Shown here piece by piece: positions 20,635 through 30,344 of a DNA stretch of 64,000 nucleotides (position 1 is the first letter of the stretch; every line of letters starts with the position of its first letter). This stretch comes from a virus. Made by a program: the position numbers and the translations under genes. The notes under the pieces were generated by a model. That model made no database searches and was not told the origin of the DNA. It saw only the letters and a program-made list of their open reading frames with translations. The stretch covers positions 74,481-138,480 of IMG/VR virus record IMGVR_UViG_3300014720_000003. The stretch is one strand, 5' to 3'.

Positions 20635-23600
20635 TTAAATTAAGCAAGCGCCGCCGGCACAACTAATCTCTTCTATTCCAGCAGTATTATCCTCTGTTTC
20701 TAATAGTTGTGTATAATCAACCTTTTTATAGCTGTCATATAAATCACAATATATTTTCCAGTTATAAACATCCTTCATACAGTAAGTCAATCTCCTTACA
20801 TCCCCATTAAAATATTTACCAGCAAAATTCTTCATCTTTGTGGTGAATAATAGCTTTTCCTTAGTGTCGTTTTCTTTAGCTTGATTCATATTCACATAAT
20901 CACAAGCAGCCCAAAGATTATTATCAAAAGCATTTAGTCCAAGTTCTATTAATCCAGAGCACCATAACGCAGCATCTCCGTATTCTTTTACTATTTCTCT
21001 GCTTGTGTAAACAGTGGTGAACGGTGCTTGAGGGTAATCTTTATCTCCGCTTTGTGGAATTAAACTAATACCAGCAAAATATTTACGATTATCATAAATA
21101 TATTTTGTTACCTGTTCCCATTCATCTGGTTTTACTGTAACAGTATTACTAACATTATGACTAAGATAATCTTGAGTACATAATGATTTATTCTTACCAG
21201 AGTGTACCCAATTCTTTTGAGTATCCTTTACGATAGAGAGCATATCCACAGCGGGAAGTTGATTCTTGGTTTTGGCTCCGTCGGGAACTTCAATTGGAAA
21301 TTTAACTACCTCATCAGTATTATTTGCTGACCAGCGAGATTTTTCGCACGCTTGTGGGTTATAATTCTTAAAGTGCTGGTATGGTGCTTCTAAAACATTA
21401 GCCTGCACATGGCGTATATAGCGTTTAGCGTGATGAGGATGGATGCCAGAACTAGTCCCGAGCATACTGCTGCTTGTGCCCTCTGGTTTTAAACACGTTA
21501 CTCTAGCAGCTTGATTAATACCGAGTTTTTTAGCAAATTCTTTATTGGTTTCTATGGTCATTTTAGCACCAGCCTTTAGAACCTTTTCTGATAAAACTAG
21601 ATCATATTTTTCCATAGTGCCAGTTAACGAAACGCCCAATAAAGATTCTCTTTCAAAGATGCGGCAACTAATATCGCCTAGATAATCTAACTTTGTAAAG
21701 CCTGCTTGTAATGTTCCTATAATCGCAGCAGCTTTACATCTTTCATAAAAATCAGATTCATCCTCTATAGATGAACAATTAATAGTAGATAGATTACACC
21801 CTTGCCATCCACTCTTACCGCTCTCCTCATCAACAGGCCACATACCCACTTCCACACACCTTCGTGATGTTATGCCATTAACTATCATGGTGCGTCTACT
21901 ATTTTCTGTTAAACAATAAACGTCTTGCTTTCCGATGTAAGTTATTTTTTTTACAAATGAACTAAATCTATTCGTTAATCTAAATGTTTGCCTATCTTTA
22001 AGAACCTCCTTAATTCTATTTATGTCTTTTATATGCAAACTAGCAAAACCTATCAAATTATAACAATTATTTTGTCCACCAATAATAAGCCTATAACTAG
22101 TTTGTGTAGAATAATATTTATTGTTTCTGTCGCCATCTGGCAAAAGCGCTTTACCTGCTTTTCTAGATATATTTATTCTGGCAAATACCCCAAGCTCCTG
22201 TAAAATTAATTGTATATCCATCAATGCGCTTATGTTAACAGACGATAATCTCATACTTAGAGATTTTGATTTTTCATTATATTCAGAATGCCCATCGGAA
22301 TAAAGCATTCCAGAAACAAATCCAGCTTTAAAGTTTTTAGATGTTTTATGTATAAAACTAATATCGTCTTTGATGGACGGAATTCCTTTTGTGTTTAAAT
22401 ATTTATTTAGAGCGGTACTTTCTAGGGACCATTTTGGCTTTGATCCATAAATTTTATCTTCTAAACAAGAAAATTTTGGTTCAAGATTTTGATTATATGT
22501 CAATAAGTCTTTATCTAATTGGCTAATGAAGTATTTTACATAGGTTTCGGTTTCTGATATTTGAGACTCTAGTTCCGCCGCCGTACCCCAAAAATTTATT
22601 CTGCAAGAACTATATTTAGAAATAAAACAACCGTCTCCATGAATAAGACCAACTAAATAACCCAATTTAAAATCGTCGCTATTTTTATCAGAAGTATATG
22701 GTTCAGAGATTGGGATTAAGATTTCATCTTCACTTGTTAGGTCTTTTAATTCCACCATTCCGTGTCTTGTTGCAAAATGATGGTTGCTTGTAGCTTTTAC
22801 TTTTCTTCCACAAGTCAGTTCTAACTCATAAACGTCTCTATCAATGCCGGTTTTTCTGGCGTTAGAAGCTGTATTAATAATATTAGCGTTTGGAATATCC
22901 ATATTAACAGCCCAGTGTTCCTGACCATCTTGCATATATCCAAATACACGACTGTCTTGCTCTATATCAAATGATTGTGTGTCTAAAAGATCTTTAAATT
23001 CAGTCCAGCCATGAGTTGTCAAAACTTTTGTGTCAATTGTTACGCACGGATTGAAAGTCATCTCTGTAGAATCGCTCCAAATAAATCCAGGTTCACCAAA
23101 CTCTTTAACACTTTCCATTAAGGTTTGAAATTCTTCGTATGTGGTAGAATCTTTTAATAAAAGAGCAGAGTTGTTGCTTCGTGCTCTTTGGGGATTTTCC
23201 AGATACCAGTTACCAGTTTTAGCCTTGGCCATTTCTTCATCATCATGACTAAACAACGCTAAACTAGCAGATCGTCTAACCCCACCACTCAACACAGCAT
23301 CACTACTGTGCATCACTATATCATAAGCATCAATTGGTCGTAGTTTCTTTTGACCATTGGATACACAACGATCTAACAATACTCTTATTTTTTCTAATCC
23401 TTTAGCAAGAGGTTCGAATCCTGGGGCTTTTCCAACACCAGAACTAAGATTTGATCCTTGTGGACGAATATTACTATAATCAAATAGTATATGACAATTT
23501 TTGTATTGTTTAAATTCTTCTACTGGTTTACTAAAATAACTACTTAATAAGACTCCTAGAGCATCCGCCCACCCTTCTATGCTATCTTCTATAACATAAA

Positions 23601-24015
23601 CAGTGCCTTTATCCTCTGGAGGATTGTGTTCCAGAGTTGGTAATTTGGAAACGTGGTGTTTTTGCACACTAAATCCTGTGCCACTACCACACAATAATAA
23701 CCAAAAGCATTCTTGAAAAAATCGTAATCTATCACAATAGGAACTTGTGCAATTATAGATTTTGGCGTGACGTTTTAGAATTGGTTCGCCACCAAATTGC
23801 AATCCTCTTTGTGAGCCAAGAACTTTTTTCTTATACATCATATCATATGCCCAATCAATATCTGTTGATATTCCTTTGTCGGCATACATAGAGTGCATCA
23901 TATTTCGCACACGATCAACAGCTTCTTTCCAAGTTTCTCTGCGATTTTTATCTTCTAACCAACGAGCATATTTACTAACAAATGTATAATTCTGAAGTTC
24001 TTGAAGTGCTGACAT
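20635..24015 (-). CDS. nrdJ: Class II (B12-dependent, RTPR-like) ribonucleotide reductase precursor with intein
   Basis: YNC, GGVRRSA, NP/CVE, CNL, KPEGT, C-terminal CAGGAC. Confidence 0.9.
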   Translation of the reverse strand: MSALQELQNYTFVSKYARWLEDKNRRETWKEAVDRVRNMMHSMYADKGISTDIDWAYDMMYKKKVLGSQRGLQFGGEPILKRHAKIYNCTSSYCDRLRFFQECFWLLLCGSGTGFSVQKHHVSKLPTLEHNPPEDKGTVYVIEDSIEGWADALGVLLSSYFSKPVEEFKQYKNCHILFDYSNIRPQGSNLSSGVGKAPGFEPLAKGLEKIRVLLDRCVSNGQKKLRPIDAYDIVMHSSDAVLSGGVRRSASLALFSHDDEEMAKAKTGNWYLENPQRARSNNSALLLKDSTTYEEFQTLMESVKEFGEPGFIWSDSTEMTFNPCVTIDTKVLTTHGWTEFKDLLDTQSFDIEQDSRVFGYMQDGQEHWAVNMDIPNANIINTASNARKTGIDRDVYELELTCGRKVKATSNHHFATRHGMVELKDLTSEDEILIPISEPYTSDKNSDDFKLGYLVGLIHGDGCFISKYSSCRINFWGTAAELESQISETETYVKYFISQLDKDLLTYNQNLEPKFSCLEDKIYGSKPKWSLESTALNKYLNTKGIPSIKDDISFIHKTSKNFKAGFVSGMLYSDGHSEYNEKSKSLSMRLSSVNISALMDIQLILQELGVFARINISRKAGKALLPDGDRNNKYYSTQTSYRLIIGGQNNCYNLIGFASLHIKDINRIKEVLKDRQTFRLTNRFSSFVKKITYIGKQDVYCLTENSRRTMIVNGITSRRCVEVGMWPVDEESGKSGWQGCNLSTINCSSIEDESDFYERCKAAAIIGTLQAGFTKLDYLGDISCRIFERESLLGVSLTGTMEKYDLVLSEKVLKAGAKMTIETNKEFAKKLGINQAARVTCLKPEGTSSSMLGTSSGIHPHHAKRYIRHVQANVLEAPYQHFKNYNPQACEKSRWSANNTDEVVKFPIEVPDGAKTKNQLPAVDMLSIVKDTQKNWVHSGKNKSLCTQDYLSHNVSNTVTVKPDEWEQVTKYIYDNRKYFAGISLIPQSGDKDYPQAPFTTVYTSREIVKEYGDAALWCSGLIELGLNAFDNNLWAACDYVNMNQAKENDTKEKLLFTTKMKNFAGKYFNGDVRRLTYCMKDVYNWKIYCDLYDSYKKVDYTQLLETEDNTAGIEEISCAGGACLI
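21859..23046 (-). mobile_element. 396-aa intein with LAGLIDADG homing endonuclease
   Basis: Splits the NPCVE motif; Cys1 (CVTIDT), block B TSNH, LVGLIHGDG and VSGMLYSDG, block F VYCLTE, ends NGITSRR before Cys+1. Confidence 0.9.
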
Positions 24016-24016
24016 C

Positions 24017-24157
24017 TTATCTCCTATTGAGCATTATTAACGAAAATATCCCCAACACTACAACACTTTCAAATGATTGTTGTTGCATATGGGGGTTCTG
24101 AGTTATGAGACTATAAACATAAATACCTAATGAAACATAAAACGATATTAATATCAT
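24017..24157 (-). CDS. 46-aa membrane peptide (absent from ORF track)
   Basis: MILISFYVSLGIYVY...; ATGA overlap, fills the gap up to the nrdJ RBS. Confidence 0.5.
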   Translation of the reverse strand: MILISFYVSLGIYVYSLITQNPHMQQQSFESVVVLGIFSLIMLNRR

Positions 24158-24624
24158 AATACACCGCACAGTTGTTTCAGCCACGAAAGATCTGGTTCAA
24201 CATATTCTATTTCTATACCACTCATACTAACAAAAGTATCAAATATTTTTTGAGCTTTTTCATCAAAAAGGTGTGTGCCGTGATTGTTTGTCATAACTAC
24301 TTTTCTAACTCCTTCTTGCCATAGGGCCATAATGCAATCGTTACACGATTGACCAGTAACATATGCTATCCCATTTTCTGGTCGTATAGTACAATTAGAT
24401 AGAGCATTACGTTCAGCGTGAATCATCCACGGATATTTGTCTGGTCTACTGTTTGGTAATAGGGTATCATCCAAACCGCGAGGAAATCCGTTGTATCCTA
24501 ATCCTAAAATCCTATTATTAGAATCTGTGATTACACAACCGTGTTGTGTTTGAACATCATGGCTACGTTGAGAAACAACTTTAGCCAATCCTAAAAAATA
24601 ATCTGTCCAGATGGGTCTGCTCAT
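24154..24624 (-). CDS. dCMP deaminase
   Basis: GYNGFP, HAERNA, SCNDC. Confidence 0.9.
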   Translation of the reverse strand: MSRPIWTDYFLGLAKVVSQRSHDVQTQHGCVITDSNNRILGLGYNGFPRGLDDTLLPNSRPDKYPWMIHAERNALSNCTIRPENGIAYVTGQSCNDCIMALWQEGVRKVVMTNNHGTHLFDEKAQKIFDTFVSMSGIEIEYVEPDLSWLKQLCGVL

Positions 24625-24630
24625 AAGAGT

Positions 24631-24658
24631 ATTATATCAGACCACCCGTGTATGTCAA
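24631..24658 (-). promoter_or_regulatory. Sigma70-type promoter, likely giving a leaderless mRNA
   Basis: TTGACA-N16-TATAAT with extended TG; ATG 7 nt downstream. Confidence 0.75.
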
Positions 24659-24659
24659 C

Positions 24660-24908
24660 TCACTTTGTTGTAAGTTTGTTATATAGTACAAGACTTATAA
24701 CACCACCAGCAACGCCCATGATTAGTCCTGCTGGACTCAAACTGTTGTATTGGCCCAGCATATACAATATGGCACCACCCATATAAGATCCGGCTACTCC
24801 GAGTGCTACTGTTTTAACAAAGCCAAAATTCTCTTCGCCAGGAACCAGGGTTTTAGCCACACTACCCACGAAAAAGCCGTATACGGCCCATACTAGAATA
24901 TTAAACAT
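24660..24908 (-). CDS. GlsB/YeaQ/YmgE (transglycosylase-associated) membrane protein
   Basis: G..VG.VAK.LVPG...T..LGVAGS..GG, three hydrophobic segments. Confidence 0.8.
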   Translation of the reverse strand: MFNILVWAVYGFFVGSVAKTLVPGEENFGFVKTVALGVAGSYMGGAILYMLGQYNSLSPAGLIMGVAGGVISLVLYNKLTTK

Positions 24909-25287
24909 TTGCCGCCTCCATTAGTGTTAATGTTTCATCCTCCGTGAGTTTGGTGCCACATTCCAATATGGCGTTCATGATACTAACACCATAGGTATTG
25001 TAATCTTCTGGTGTTAATTCTTTTTTGAGTAATTTTTTAATAGTACGCTTTGTAAACCATCCGCGAGTTAAACTAATATCTTTAATTTCAGCATGATATA
25101 GTGAGCATTTTTCTTTTTCGTCGCCACACATTTTGATTCTGTTCTTGCGACACTGTTGAATAATACGAATGAGTGTTAGTATAATGCTAATTACCATTAG
25201 TATTGCTATTATATTACCAAACTTTTCTGGAGCGTTTGGAACAGTATTTAAAACTTTTTGTGCTAGTTTTTTGATTTTTTCGTTCAT
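24901..25287 (-). CDS. Membrane-associated hypothetical protein
   Basis: One hydrophobic segment (IIAILMVISIILTLI). Confidence 0.55.
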   Translation of the reverse strand: MNEKIKKLAQKVLNTVPNAPEKFGNIIAILMVISIILTLIRIIQQCRKNRIKMCGDEKEKCSLYHAEIKDISLTRGWFTKRTIKKLLKKELTPEDYNTYGVSIMNAILECGTKLTEDETLTLMEAANV

Positions 25288-25595
25288 CTTCGGAAGATCC
25301 TTGTTTTACAATCTGGCTGAATAATCACTGGTGGGTGAGTAATTTCTGATGGAGCGTCACCGTTTTCTGGTTCACAATAACCACACTCTACCTTTTTTAT
25401 ACCATCGCCACTAATATACCAACCCTTACCCTTACAAACAGGACATTCTTTTCTTTTATATTTCTTTACGTTTTCTGTTTGATGAGATTTGATTATGCTT
25501 CCTACTACTGTAACAACACCTGTGGATGATCCATTATATCCATAGGCTCCGAATATGATGGATGTTAGTAGAACGAAAGCAACAATCTTATTCAT
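25284..25595 (-). CDS. Exported protein with DnaJ-type Zn motif
   Basis: Likely start MNKIVAFVLL (signal-like); CPVCKGKG...CGYC. Confidence 0.55.
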   Translation of the reverse strand: MNKIVAFVLLTSIIFGAYGYNGSSTGVVTVVGSIIKSHQTENVKKYKRKECPVCKGKGWYISGDGIKKVECGYCEPENGDAPSEITHPPVIIQPDCKTRIFRR

Positions 25596-25734
25596 TTCGC
25601 TTTCTCCATCGTGGTCTTGGTTTGGGAGTATCATCACCCTTTGGACTTGGACTCCACAATTTAATAATCTTGTATAGAAAATCCAAGAACATTTGAATAG
25701 CACGACCTAATGATATTCTATCAATGAGTTTCAT
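25588..25734 (-). CDS. 48-aa hypothetical protein (absent from ORF track)
   Basis: MKLIDRISLGRAIQ...PKPRPRWRKRNE; overlaps both neighbours. Confidence 0.5.
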   Translation of the reverse strand: MKLIDRISLGRAIQMFLDFLYKIIKLWSPSPKGDDTPKPRPRWRKRNE

Positions 25735-26657
25735 AAGTATTTCTCGAAATCATAGGATGGAAGTTTTTGAACAGGAAAACCATCAAAATTACTAAAAGCA
25801 TAACTACCATTTTGAGCCAACATTTGACCAGCAACATCGGATCGAATTAAAAATGAGCCGTCTGGAATTGGACCCCATTCTGGATGACCACCATCATTCC
25901 ACTTACCCCAACTATTTTGCACAAGAAACAATGGTTCGCTTCCAGTATCATCACATGCTATCCAAGCCATACAATGAGCCCAACTACCACTAACATTAGT
26001 TACACCGTTCTTATCTCGTTTGTTACTAAAGCCAAAACTAGAGCATACGGCTAATCCATAACCATTAGCCAGAGCGTCTCGTGCTTCATCTACTGTGCGT
26101 ACCAAACTTACTGTTTTTATTTGATGATCATTGGCCAGATCTATTACTTTATCTGGTAATCCTCGACCACCCCAGTTTGTGCCAATAGTACTATTATATT
26201 TGGTAAAATCGGCTATTCCCTTGTAATCTTTACGAACCAGAATGCCACCATTTTTACTCACAAATTCGGCCGCTCTAGCACAACTCATTCCCTGACCACT
26301 ATGGCCTCTAGCACCATAAATAGCTTCTGTTGCGCCTCGTGCTACCCAACCCTCTCTTTGTTTATGAATATCAATCTCTACTGCTCGACTAACATCACAC
26401 GCATTTCGTGTTCCGTGTGAAACACAATCTCCAACTGTTTGTCTTTCGTTATAGGGACTCTTATCAAACTTTAACACACTTTTGTACGGAGTACTTAGTT
26501 TGCCCTTACCACTATTCTTAATCTTTCTTGCTCCATCAGAGAAATAACCATATTTTGAATGTTCTAATAGTTGTTCATAAATATGTTGTTCAAATAAACA
26601 ACCAGAGAATCCTTTTTTATATAATTGATAAAGATCATTAGGACTAAATTTTGGCAT
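25731..26657 (-). CDS. Papain-like (C1) cysteine peptidase
   Basis: QTVGDCVS, AHCM, QNSWG (Gln/Cys/His/Asn). Confidence 0.8.
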   Translation of the reverse strand: MPKFSPNDLYQLYKKGFSGCLFEQHIYEQLLEHSKYGYFSDGARKIKNSGKGKLSTPYKSVLKFDKSPYNERQTVGDCVSHGTRNACDVSRAVEIDIHKQREGWVARGATEAIYGARGHSGQGMSCARAAEFVSKNGGILVRKDYKGIADFTKYNSTIGTNWGGRGLPDKVIDLANDHQIKTVSLVRTVDEARDALANGYGLAVCSSFGFSNKRDKNGVTNVSGSWAHCMAWIACDDTGSEPLFLVQNSWGKWNDGGHPEWGPIPDGSFLIRSDVAGQMLAQNGSYAFSNFDGFPVQKLPSYDFEKYL

Positions 26658-27195
26658 AATTTTTATTCTTTCTTAAATTATCTATCGCCCATAACGGCTG
26701 TAGATTACTATAATGACATAGCTTTTCTAGTTCTTCTTTTGTTTTTGCAGTAGACAATGGGATTATGTGATCGATATGCCATTCTCCGTAATTATCTAAA
26801 GTCATTTTATCATCAAACTTATTTATTAAATAATTCATCAGTTCTTGTTGACCACAACCCAATAATTTTTTCGTTGTTTGATCTTTATAAAATCCTAAAA
26901 ACGCTTTTCTAGTTCTACTCCTTAAGTTATGCATAATTTTAATGAGTAGATTTGAATCTCTTTTAATTTTGTCTTTAATATTTCTTCTGTTTTTAAATTC
27001 AGATGTTTTTTTATAAATCCTTGTGGCTTCTAATTTTTTTTGAAGATTATTACCGGTCTGTTCCCATTTCTTTCTTCGTATTTTTCTACAGATTTTACAA
27101 TAATATTCTCTACCGCCAGACATGTGTTTATTCTTACTGAAGTCAGTTTGTAGATTTTTTTCTATTTTGCAATCTGGGCAGGTTCTTAACATCAT
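26644..27195 (-). CDS. HNH-type putative homing endonuclease
   Basis: CPDC/CKIC; WHIDHIIPLS...HYSNLQPLW..DN. Confidence 0.75.
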   Translation of the reverse strand: MMLRTCPDCKIEKNLQTDFSKNKHMSGGREYYCKICRKIRRKKWEQTGNNLQKKLEATRIYKKTSEFKNRRNIKDKIKRDSNLLIKIMHNLRSRTRKAFLGFYKDQTTKKLLGCGQQELMNYLINKFDDKMTLDNYGEWHIDHIIPLSTAKTKEELEKLCHYSNLQPLWAIDNLRKNKNYAKI

Positions 27196-27689
27196 TTACT
27201 CCCTTCGTTACAAGCCCAAGCAAGAGCCTTAAAACTCTCCACAATTTTTTCTCTTAGATCCTTATCTAGAGGCACATTATCATCTCCAACACCAGCCACA
27301 ATAACAGCTTGTGCCGACTTTGCTAAGTCTGGATATTTGCCTTTGATATCCATTCGCAACATTGGTCCAGCAAGACCGTTAGCGTATCTAACCTCATCAG
27401 TATTCTTGATGACCATATCTTCACCATCTAATTCTATTAATCTCGCAATATCCATATATAGATTAGCTAATCTTTTACCATCTTGAGATCGTGATGATGG
27501 TCCGCTTTTTAAGGAATCTATTACCGGACCACATGCTTCTCGTAATTTGCTATCTGATGGTGGAGTTACCACAACTATTTCATCTACATTAATTCTACCA
27601 CCACCGCCAATATTGCTAAAGTCTGGTTTAACAAGACCCACAAAAATTAAAACTGCTGCTAATCCTAATAGTAAAATTTTCTTATTCAT
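27192..27689 (-). CDS. Membrane-anchored or exported hypothetical protein
   Basis: N-terminal signal/TM segment. Confidence 0.6.
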   Translation of the reverse strand: MNKKILLLGLAAVLIFVGLVKPDFSNIGGGGRINVDEIVVVTPPSDSKLREACGPVIDSLKSGPSSRSQDGKRLANLYMDIARLIELDGEDMVIKNTDEVRYANGLAGPMLRMDIKGKYPDLAKSAQAVIVAGVGDDNVPLDKDLREKIVESFKALAWACNEGSK

Positions 27690-28062
27690 TATTTTGACCC
27701 TTGCAAACTGTTGGACTTAGATATGGAAACATTTGATCAGCCACCTTTACTGCCTCAACGCAACCGCTTTTCACGGCCAGATCTCGCGTTTGCTTCCAAG
27801 ATGCTACCAACTGGAAAAATACATCTTCGTTTGTTCCCCTATTAGTGGTTACAACTGGAACAACATTAGGAGCAGAATTTTTTCTAACATCACTCACTAA
27901 ACCCTTAACCTTGTCCACTAATGATAATACCAAATTTTGAACCGGACTTAATTTGTCCTTAAATAGAACCCAAAGGACTAAACCCACACCAGCATATAAA
28001 GCCAGATCAATTGGTTTGACTGATCTTGAAAATTCCTCGAAACTTTGAGCATAATCTAACAT
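27682..28062 (-). CDS. Membrane protein
   Basis: One TM segment (LALYAGVGLVLWVLF). Confidence 0.6.
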   Translation of the reverse strand: MLDYAQSFEEFSRSVKPIDLALYAGVGLVLWVLFKDKLSPVQNLVLSLVDKVKGLVSDVRKNSAPNVVPVVTTNRGTNEDVFFQLVASWKQTRDLAVKSGCVEAVKVADQMFPYLSPTVCKGQNNE

Positions 28063-28445
28063 TATACGTTTCCTTTCTTTAAGAAAACACCAGTTTGTCT
28101 AAAAATAGTTACCATAGCATCTATTGAGGATGATACCATAATCATCAGAATAGATTTGATATACCTATGTATAATAGGTTCTATGAGATTTGGAACAAGA
28201 GGAATATCCACGATTAAAAAAACTTTATCGTAGAAAGTGTTAATATATTCTATTGCTAGTTGTTTTTTCTCTGATCCACTAAGATTATCCGCAACAGTCT
28301 CTATAATCTGAACCGTGCTAGCGGTTACTAATTGTAGAGCTTTCCACGCTTCACTTAGTGCTACGCTTTTTAGGTTGGTTAACGACTTTTTTAGTTCTTG
28401 GTGAAGTTTTTCGGCTTGTTCTAGAACTAGTTCTCGTGGATTCAT
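28062..28445 (-). CDS. Hypothetical protein, holin-associated-like
   Basis: LSGSEKKQLA...IDAMV pattern recalls the soluble part of LL-H-type holins; GAGGAG SD. Confidence 0.45.
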   Translation of the reverse strand: MNPRELVLEQAEKLHQELKKSLTNLKSVALSEAWKALQLVTASTVQIIETVADNLSGSEKKQLAIEYINTFYDKVFLIVDIPLVPNLIEPIIHRYIKSILMIMVSSSIDAMVTIFRQTGVFLKKGNV

Positions 28446-28683
28446 TTTTTTTCTTCTCCTCTTGTGCTATTTTTTTAACTTCGTTTCTGCCTCTTATATA
28501 TCTAGCCAATATCCAAACCTGACCACCAATTAGTATTACACTTTCCACAGCATGAGATACTACTGTGATTAATTCTTCTTTTTGTTCATTCTCTGTTAAA
28601 ATACCAGTTAAATATAGTCCGCTAAATATGAAGCTTACTACCGTAAACCAAAATTCGCTTGTTTTATAGCCTGATTTGATCAT
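28351..28683 (-). CDS. Holin-like membrane protein
   Basis: KSGYKTSEFW start, two TM segments, very basic tail. Confidence 0.5.
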   Translation of the reverse strand: MIKSGYKTSEFWFTVVSFIFSGLYLTGILTENEQKEELITVVSHAVESVILIGGQVWILARYIRGRNEVKKIAQEEKKKNESTRTSSRTSRKTSPRTKKVVNQPKKRSTK

Positions 28684-28699
28684 AATAAATTACTCACTA

Positions 28700-30340
28700 T
28701 CATGCCCAGGCTGGAACATAACTTGTACTATCAGTGCCACCATCATTACTCAACGGACCCATATAATACGCATTAGCTGCGCTACCACCAGTACTATGTT
28801 TAGAAAATCCATTGAATACAGCATCACCAGTAATATCTCCAGTATTAATACTCCAATCATCAAAATTAGCACTTCCACTTATATTAAGATTATTTTCAGA
28901 CCTATCATTAAAAGATGCATCGTAACTAATAGTACCCTCGTTAGCGCTCCAACCTTTGAAGAAAGCAAAATGTGAACCTATAGTTCCATTATTGGTTGTG
29001 TAATCAGTCATAACCACATGACTACCATTGCTTATACTACAACCAGCGTCGATGGTGCTTCTATGGTGGAATATGGCTATTGCTGTATTATCATCTCCAA
29101 GAGTTAATGTTGAGCTATTAGTAATCTTTGAATCATCATAGAATTCTACAAAACAATTATTAGCCACCGTTAAACTTCCATATAGTCTAGAACTATTAAA
29201 GAACTGAATCTTTTTCATAATGCTACTACTAAGAGTTGGCATACTATTAGCTCCAAAACTAACATCATTAAATACTTTAAGGGTTCCACAATAAATATTA
29301 CCACTAAAACCATTACCAGTATTTGTACGAAATTCCACGGTAGTATAATCATCTCCATTAATTGTGACACTACTGCCATTACTTATATCACCATCAGTAT
29401 TCATTATTAGTGTGCCGCCATACATATTAATATAAGAATTACTAGCAAAATAACTATCAGTATTGAGAGTTAATTTAATATTTGGATAATCAGCCTCACT
29501 TCCTGAACTATATGAATAAAAATAATTACTACTACTACCTTCTATCATGCTGCCCTCATTAAGAGTAACATCATTATAAAAGTATACATTATCATCAATA
29601 ATACAGCTATCGGTTAAGGTTACAGGCCCATAAAATCCATATGAACCTCCAGGACAATCCATGATTTTCACATTTTGAAACAATTCTGTTTTTCCTAAAA
29701 CCTTTACATATCGTATAGTTGTGAGATTACTGCTATTGCCCACAACTCTTAAGTCTCCTAATATTGTTAATCCATATGAGTTATTAAAATAAATAGGTTG
29801 GTAATTACTATTTCCACCACTAGAAGTTACAACAACATTTCCTTCTATAGTTACAGATTGACTACTACTATCAATATAACTAGTTTCGTGAAAATTCACA
29901 TCACCATAGATGGTTGTGCTGCTATTAAAATACAATTTAGAATTATCATATAGATCTATTTGTACTCTGGTTCCAGTACTACTACCAATAGTTCCATTGC
30001 CCGCAAGTTGCTGACCATTTATAAGTATAATACGGCGCACTTCACTAATAGAATAGCCATTAAAACTATTGCTTAGGTTACCGTTATCAAAAATTATAGT
30101 ATCAGCAATGAAACTACCACCATTACTACTAATATCACTTAAAATTACAGCAGTATCTTCATCAGTAGGCAAACTATCTGATGATAGTGTATGATCTCTA
30201 TCAACAAACCAATTACCCAAAGTGTTCCAGTCATTATTAACAGCATTATAAAAATATAGGGTGCGGCCAACGCTCTGACCATCACCACCAATGATCCTAC
30301 CAGACGACTTTACACTATTAGTTCCATAATTGATTGCCAT
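28700..30340 (-). CDS. Beta-helical tail fibre/adhesin-like protein
   Basis: N/S/G-rich repeats (F..xS.N.G.I.G.A.F); W...GNW motif. Confidence 0.6.
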   Translation of the reverse strand: MAINYGTNSVKSSGRIIGGDGQSVGRTLYFYNAVNNDWNTLGNWFVDRDHTLSSDSLPTDEDTAVILSDISSNGGSFIADTIIFDNGNLSNSFNGYSISEVRRIILINGQQLAGNGTIGSSTGTRVQIDLYDNSKLYFNSSTTIYGDVNFHETSYIDSSSQSVTIEGNVVVTSSGGNSNYQPIYFNNSYGLTILGDLRVVGNSSNLTTIRYVKVLGKTELFQNVKIMDCPGGSYGFYGPVTLTDSCIIDDNVYFYNDVTLNEGSMIEGSSSNYFYSYSSGSEADYPNIKLTLNTDSYFASNSYINMYGGTLIMNTDGDISNGSSVTINGDDYTTVEFRTNTGNGFSGNIYCGTLKVFNDVSFGANSMPTLSSSIMKKIQFFNSSRLYGSLTVANNCFVEFYDDSKITNSSTLTLGDDNTAIAIFHHRSTIDAGCSISNGSHVVMTDYTTNNGTIGSHFAFFKGWSANEGTISYDASFNDRSENNLNISGSANFDDWSINTGDITGDAVFNGFSKHSTGGSAANAYYMGPLSNDGGTDSTSYVPAWA

Positions 30341-30344
30341 GTTT

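Noticed and set aside
28440-28460. Programmed -1 frameshift at the A8 run
   Set aside because: The downstream ORF is in the +1 frame and has its own GAGGAG SD
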